Shown: piece by piece, positions 62,399 to 64,000 of the stretch
How the letters are laid out: the number at the start of each line of letters is the position of its first letter
Numbering within the stretch: position 1 is the first letter of the stretch
Assembly (NCBI GenBank): GCA_964057225.1
Contig: OZ059895.1
Span: 4,526,001 to 4,590,000, forward strand
Origin: Auanema rhodensis
Taxonomy: Eukaryota > Animalia > Nematoda
Direction of reading: 5' to 3'
DNA length: 64,000 nt
Translations under genes and position numbers: made by a program
The notes under the pieces: model-generated
What the model was told of the DNA's origin: nothing
The model's database searches: none
What the model saw: the letters and a program-made list of their open reading frames with translations, nothing else

Positions 62399-63158
62399 TT
62401 ATTTCACATTTTTAACATGTAATGTAACAACTGTAGAACCATAATTAAATTGCATAGGGCGGCCAAATTCATCTAAAATTTCAATACGTATAGTATCGAG
62501 TGTTTGCTTAGTGATTGGTACATAACGAATAGGATTAAATGTTTTGGCAATCATTTTACCAAATTCGGTGGGAGGTGGTACAGGTAAACATGCAAGTAAA
62601 TTAGCTTTCACATTACCGAGAATGGAATATTCTACAATATCACAATATATATACATTGTATTAATGTTATTTGAAAAATCAATGGGGCGCCTGGCTATTA
62701 ACGTGTCGTAGTGTTTTGTTAAATCGAAACGTGGCGTCTGCCAGCATTTCCTTGACAAGTTTAGCCTCAGCTTGTCGATTATTATACCACTTTTTCACAT
62801 CTTCATCTTTATCTATCAAACCCTTTATACGTGCTTCTTCCTCAGCTCCAAGAGGTTTAGTGCTGCTAGCAATAAATTGTTCTTTTCCAGCATTGATTCC
62901 GCGTATTATTTCATCACCATTTGCATAGTTACCTTTGGGCAAGTGCAGAATAAACTTTCTGTTGGAAAAACGTAGTGTATAAGAAAGATTTTCTTGTACA
63001 TTTAATATCGAACACGGAAAGATTATGTCTGTCAGCCCAATGCAATATCTGTTATTGCGTAGCCTTAATGTTTCAGGTAACCTGGTAAGAAACACTGATG
63101 AGGTATTACTTTTTTCAGAGTCAACTGATGACGGCAAAGTAATGTAAAAGTCATCCAT
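62399..63158 (-). pseudogene. Minor capsid protein, frameshifted in copy B
   Basis: 98-bp deletion (equivalent to A 39579-39676) at 62707/62708 with AC microhomology. Confidence 0.9.
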
Positions 63159-63237
63159 CAGAGACCACCACCTGATGCGTGCACACCAGTATAAATGAAA
63201 TCATTTGCATTATAGGTACATTTACGAGTGGTTGATT

Positions 63238-63885
63238 ATGGTTTTCAGCTTCAAACTACCCAGTCAGACAACTGTAATAGGGGCAACGCAATGTGGTAAA
63301 ACTACCCTTATAAAACGTATATGTGAAAATACTGAAAAGTTTTTCAACGTCCCCATTGATAGAATATTCTGGTTCAGTCAATGTGGAGCATCGTCAGGTG
63401 TTCCATTAAATGATGAGCGTTTAATAGTTATTCAAGGACCACCTGATCCGGATATAATAAAAGAGCAAAAGGGAGTAAACACCATACTAGTGCTGGATGA
63501 TTTGATGAATTTTTTCTCATCGAATAAAGCGGCTAAAGAATTACTCAACAACATTTTTACAGTGTGGGCACATCACTGGAATTTGGCAGTGTTTAATCTT
63601 GTGCAAGCTGCATTTCAGCTAGACAGGACCAGTCGAATTAATAGTACATATATAATACTGATGAAAAGTCATTCGGATATATTACAAATACGTAATTGTC
63701 TGCAACAATTATTTGGCCCCCGCTTTAAAAATGCTCTAGAAGCATATGATGATGCAATGTCTACACCCTATAGTCATTTACTGATTGACAACCATCCTTT
63801 AACAAATGAGAAACAGCGTATACTATCAGATATAACAGCGGAGCACCCTATTGTTTATGTAGCCAGAAATATATTCAGTGTTTAA
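63238..63885 (+). CDS. Packaging ATPase, intact in copy B
   Basis: Continuous frame with GATQCGKTT, LVLDDLM, AHHWN and LVQ. Confidence 0.93.
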   Translation: MVFSFKLPSQTTVIGATQCGKTTLIKRICENTEKFFNVPIDRIFWFSQCGASSGVPLNDERLIVIQGPPDPDIIKEQKGVNTILVLDDLMNFFSSNKAAKELLNNIFTVWAHHWNLAVFNLVQAAFQLDRTSRINSTYIILMKSHSDILQIRNCLQQLFGPRFKNALEAYDDAMSTPYSHLLIDNHPLTNEKQRILSDITAEHPIVYVARNIFSV

Positions 63886-63897
63886 TGTGCATGTTCA

Positions 63898-64000
63898 ATG
63901 AGTGGTCGTATTTTGTCAAATTACAACTTTTTATCTTCTTGTGCCAAAACCCCTTGTTCTGTTTCCTCATTTTCTTTTTCACAAATTGAAATTATTGTTG
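63898..64000 (+). CDS. Start of the Maverick conserved hypothetical protein, copy B (partial)
   Basis: MSGRILSNYNFLSSCAK matches the copy A ORF starting at 38411. Confidence 0.65.
   Translation, partial: MSGRILSNYNFLSSCAKTPCSVSSFSFSQIEIIV

Larger units (their letters stand above)
51624..64000. mobile_element. Maverick/Polinton copy B, inverted relative to A, cut off by the window edge
   Basis: Begins AGTAGAGAGCC at 51624 and mirrors A (paired coordinates sum to ~102365-102369 over the proximal 10 kb). Flank ATGGAG (51618-51623) is the predicted TSD. Confidence 0.97.

Overview
AT-rich eukaryotic heterochromatin-like DNA. It is probably from a nematode, inferred only from the 39-50 nt introns with tttcag/ttacag acceptors. 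It consists almost entirely of nested mobile DNA. (1) 1-5237, minus strand: the 5' part of a Ty3/Gypsy-type LTR element. Its single open frame (>=1383 codons, absent from the ORF track, probably because it runs off the window edge) joins a Gag capsid in frame to a signal peptide and a herpesvirus-gB-like (class III) envelope protein, with no protease or RT in between. (2) 5954-32490: about 76 copies of a 351-bp satellite with higher-order block structure. (3) From 32491: a DIRS tyrosine-recombinase retrotransposon (minus strand) that abuts the satellite mid-monomer. (4) This DIRS is interrupted by two sister Maverick/Polinton elements in opposite orientation, 882 bp apart. Copy A (33842-50741) is full-length with a 6-bp TSD GCCGTA. 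Copy B starts at 51624 and runs off the window. The Maverick protein-primed DNA polymerase is a 14-exon spliceosomal gene (~1370 aa, one GC-AG intron), whereas the virion and integrase genes have no introns. The two copies carry non-overlapping lesions: A has a broken ATPase and zinc-finger gene, B has a broken polB and minor capsid. The pair therefore still encodes one intact copy of every gene visible here.
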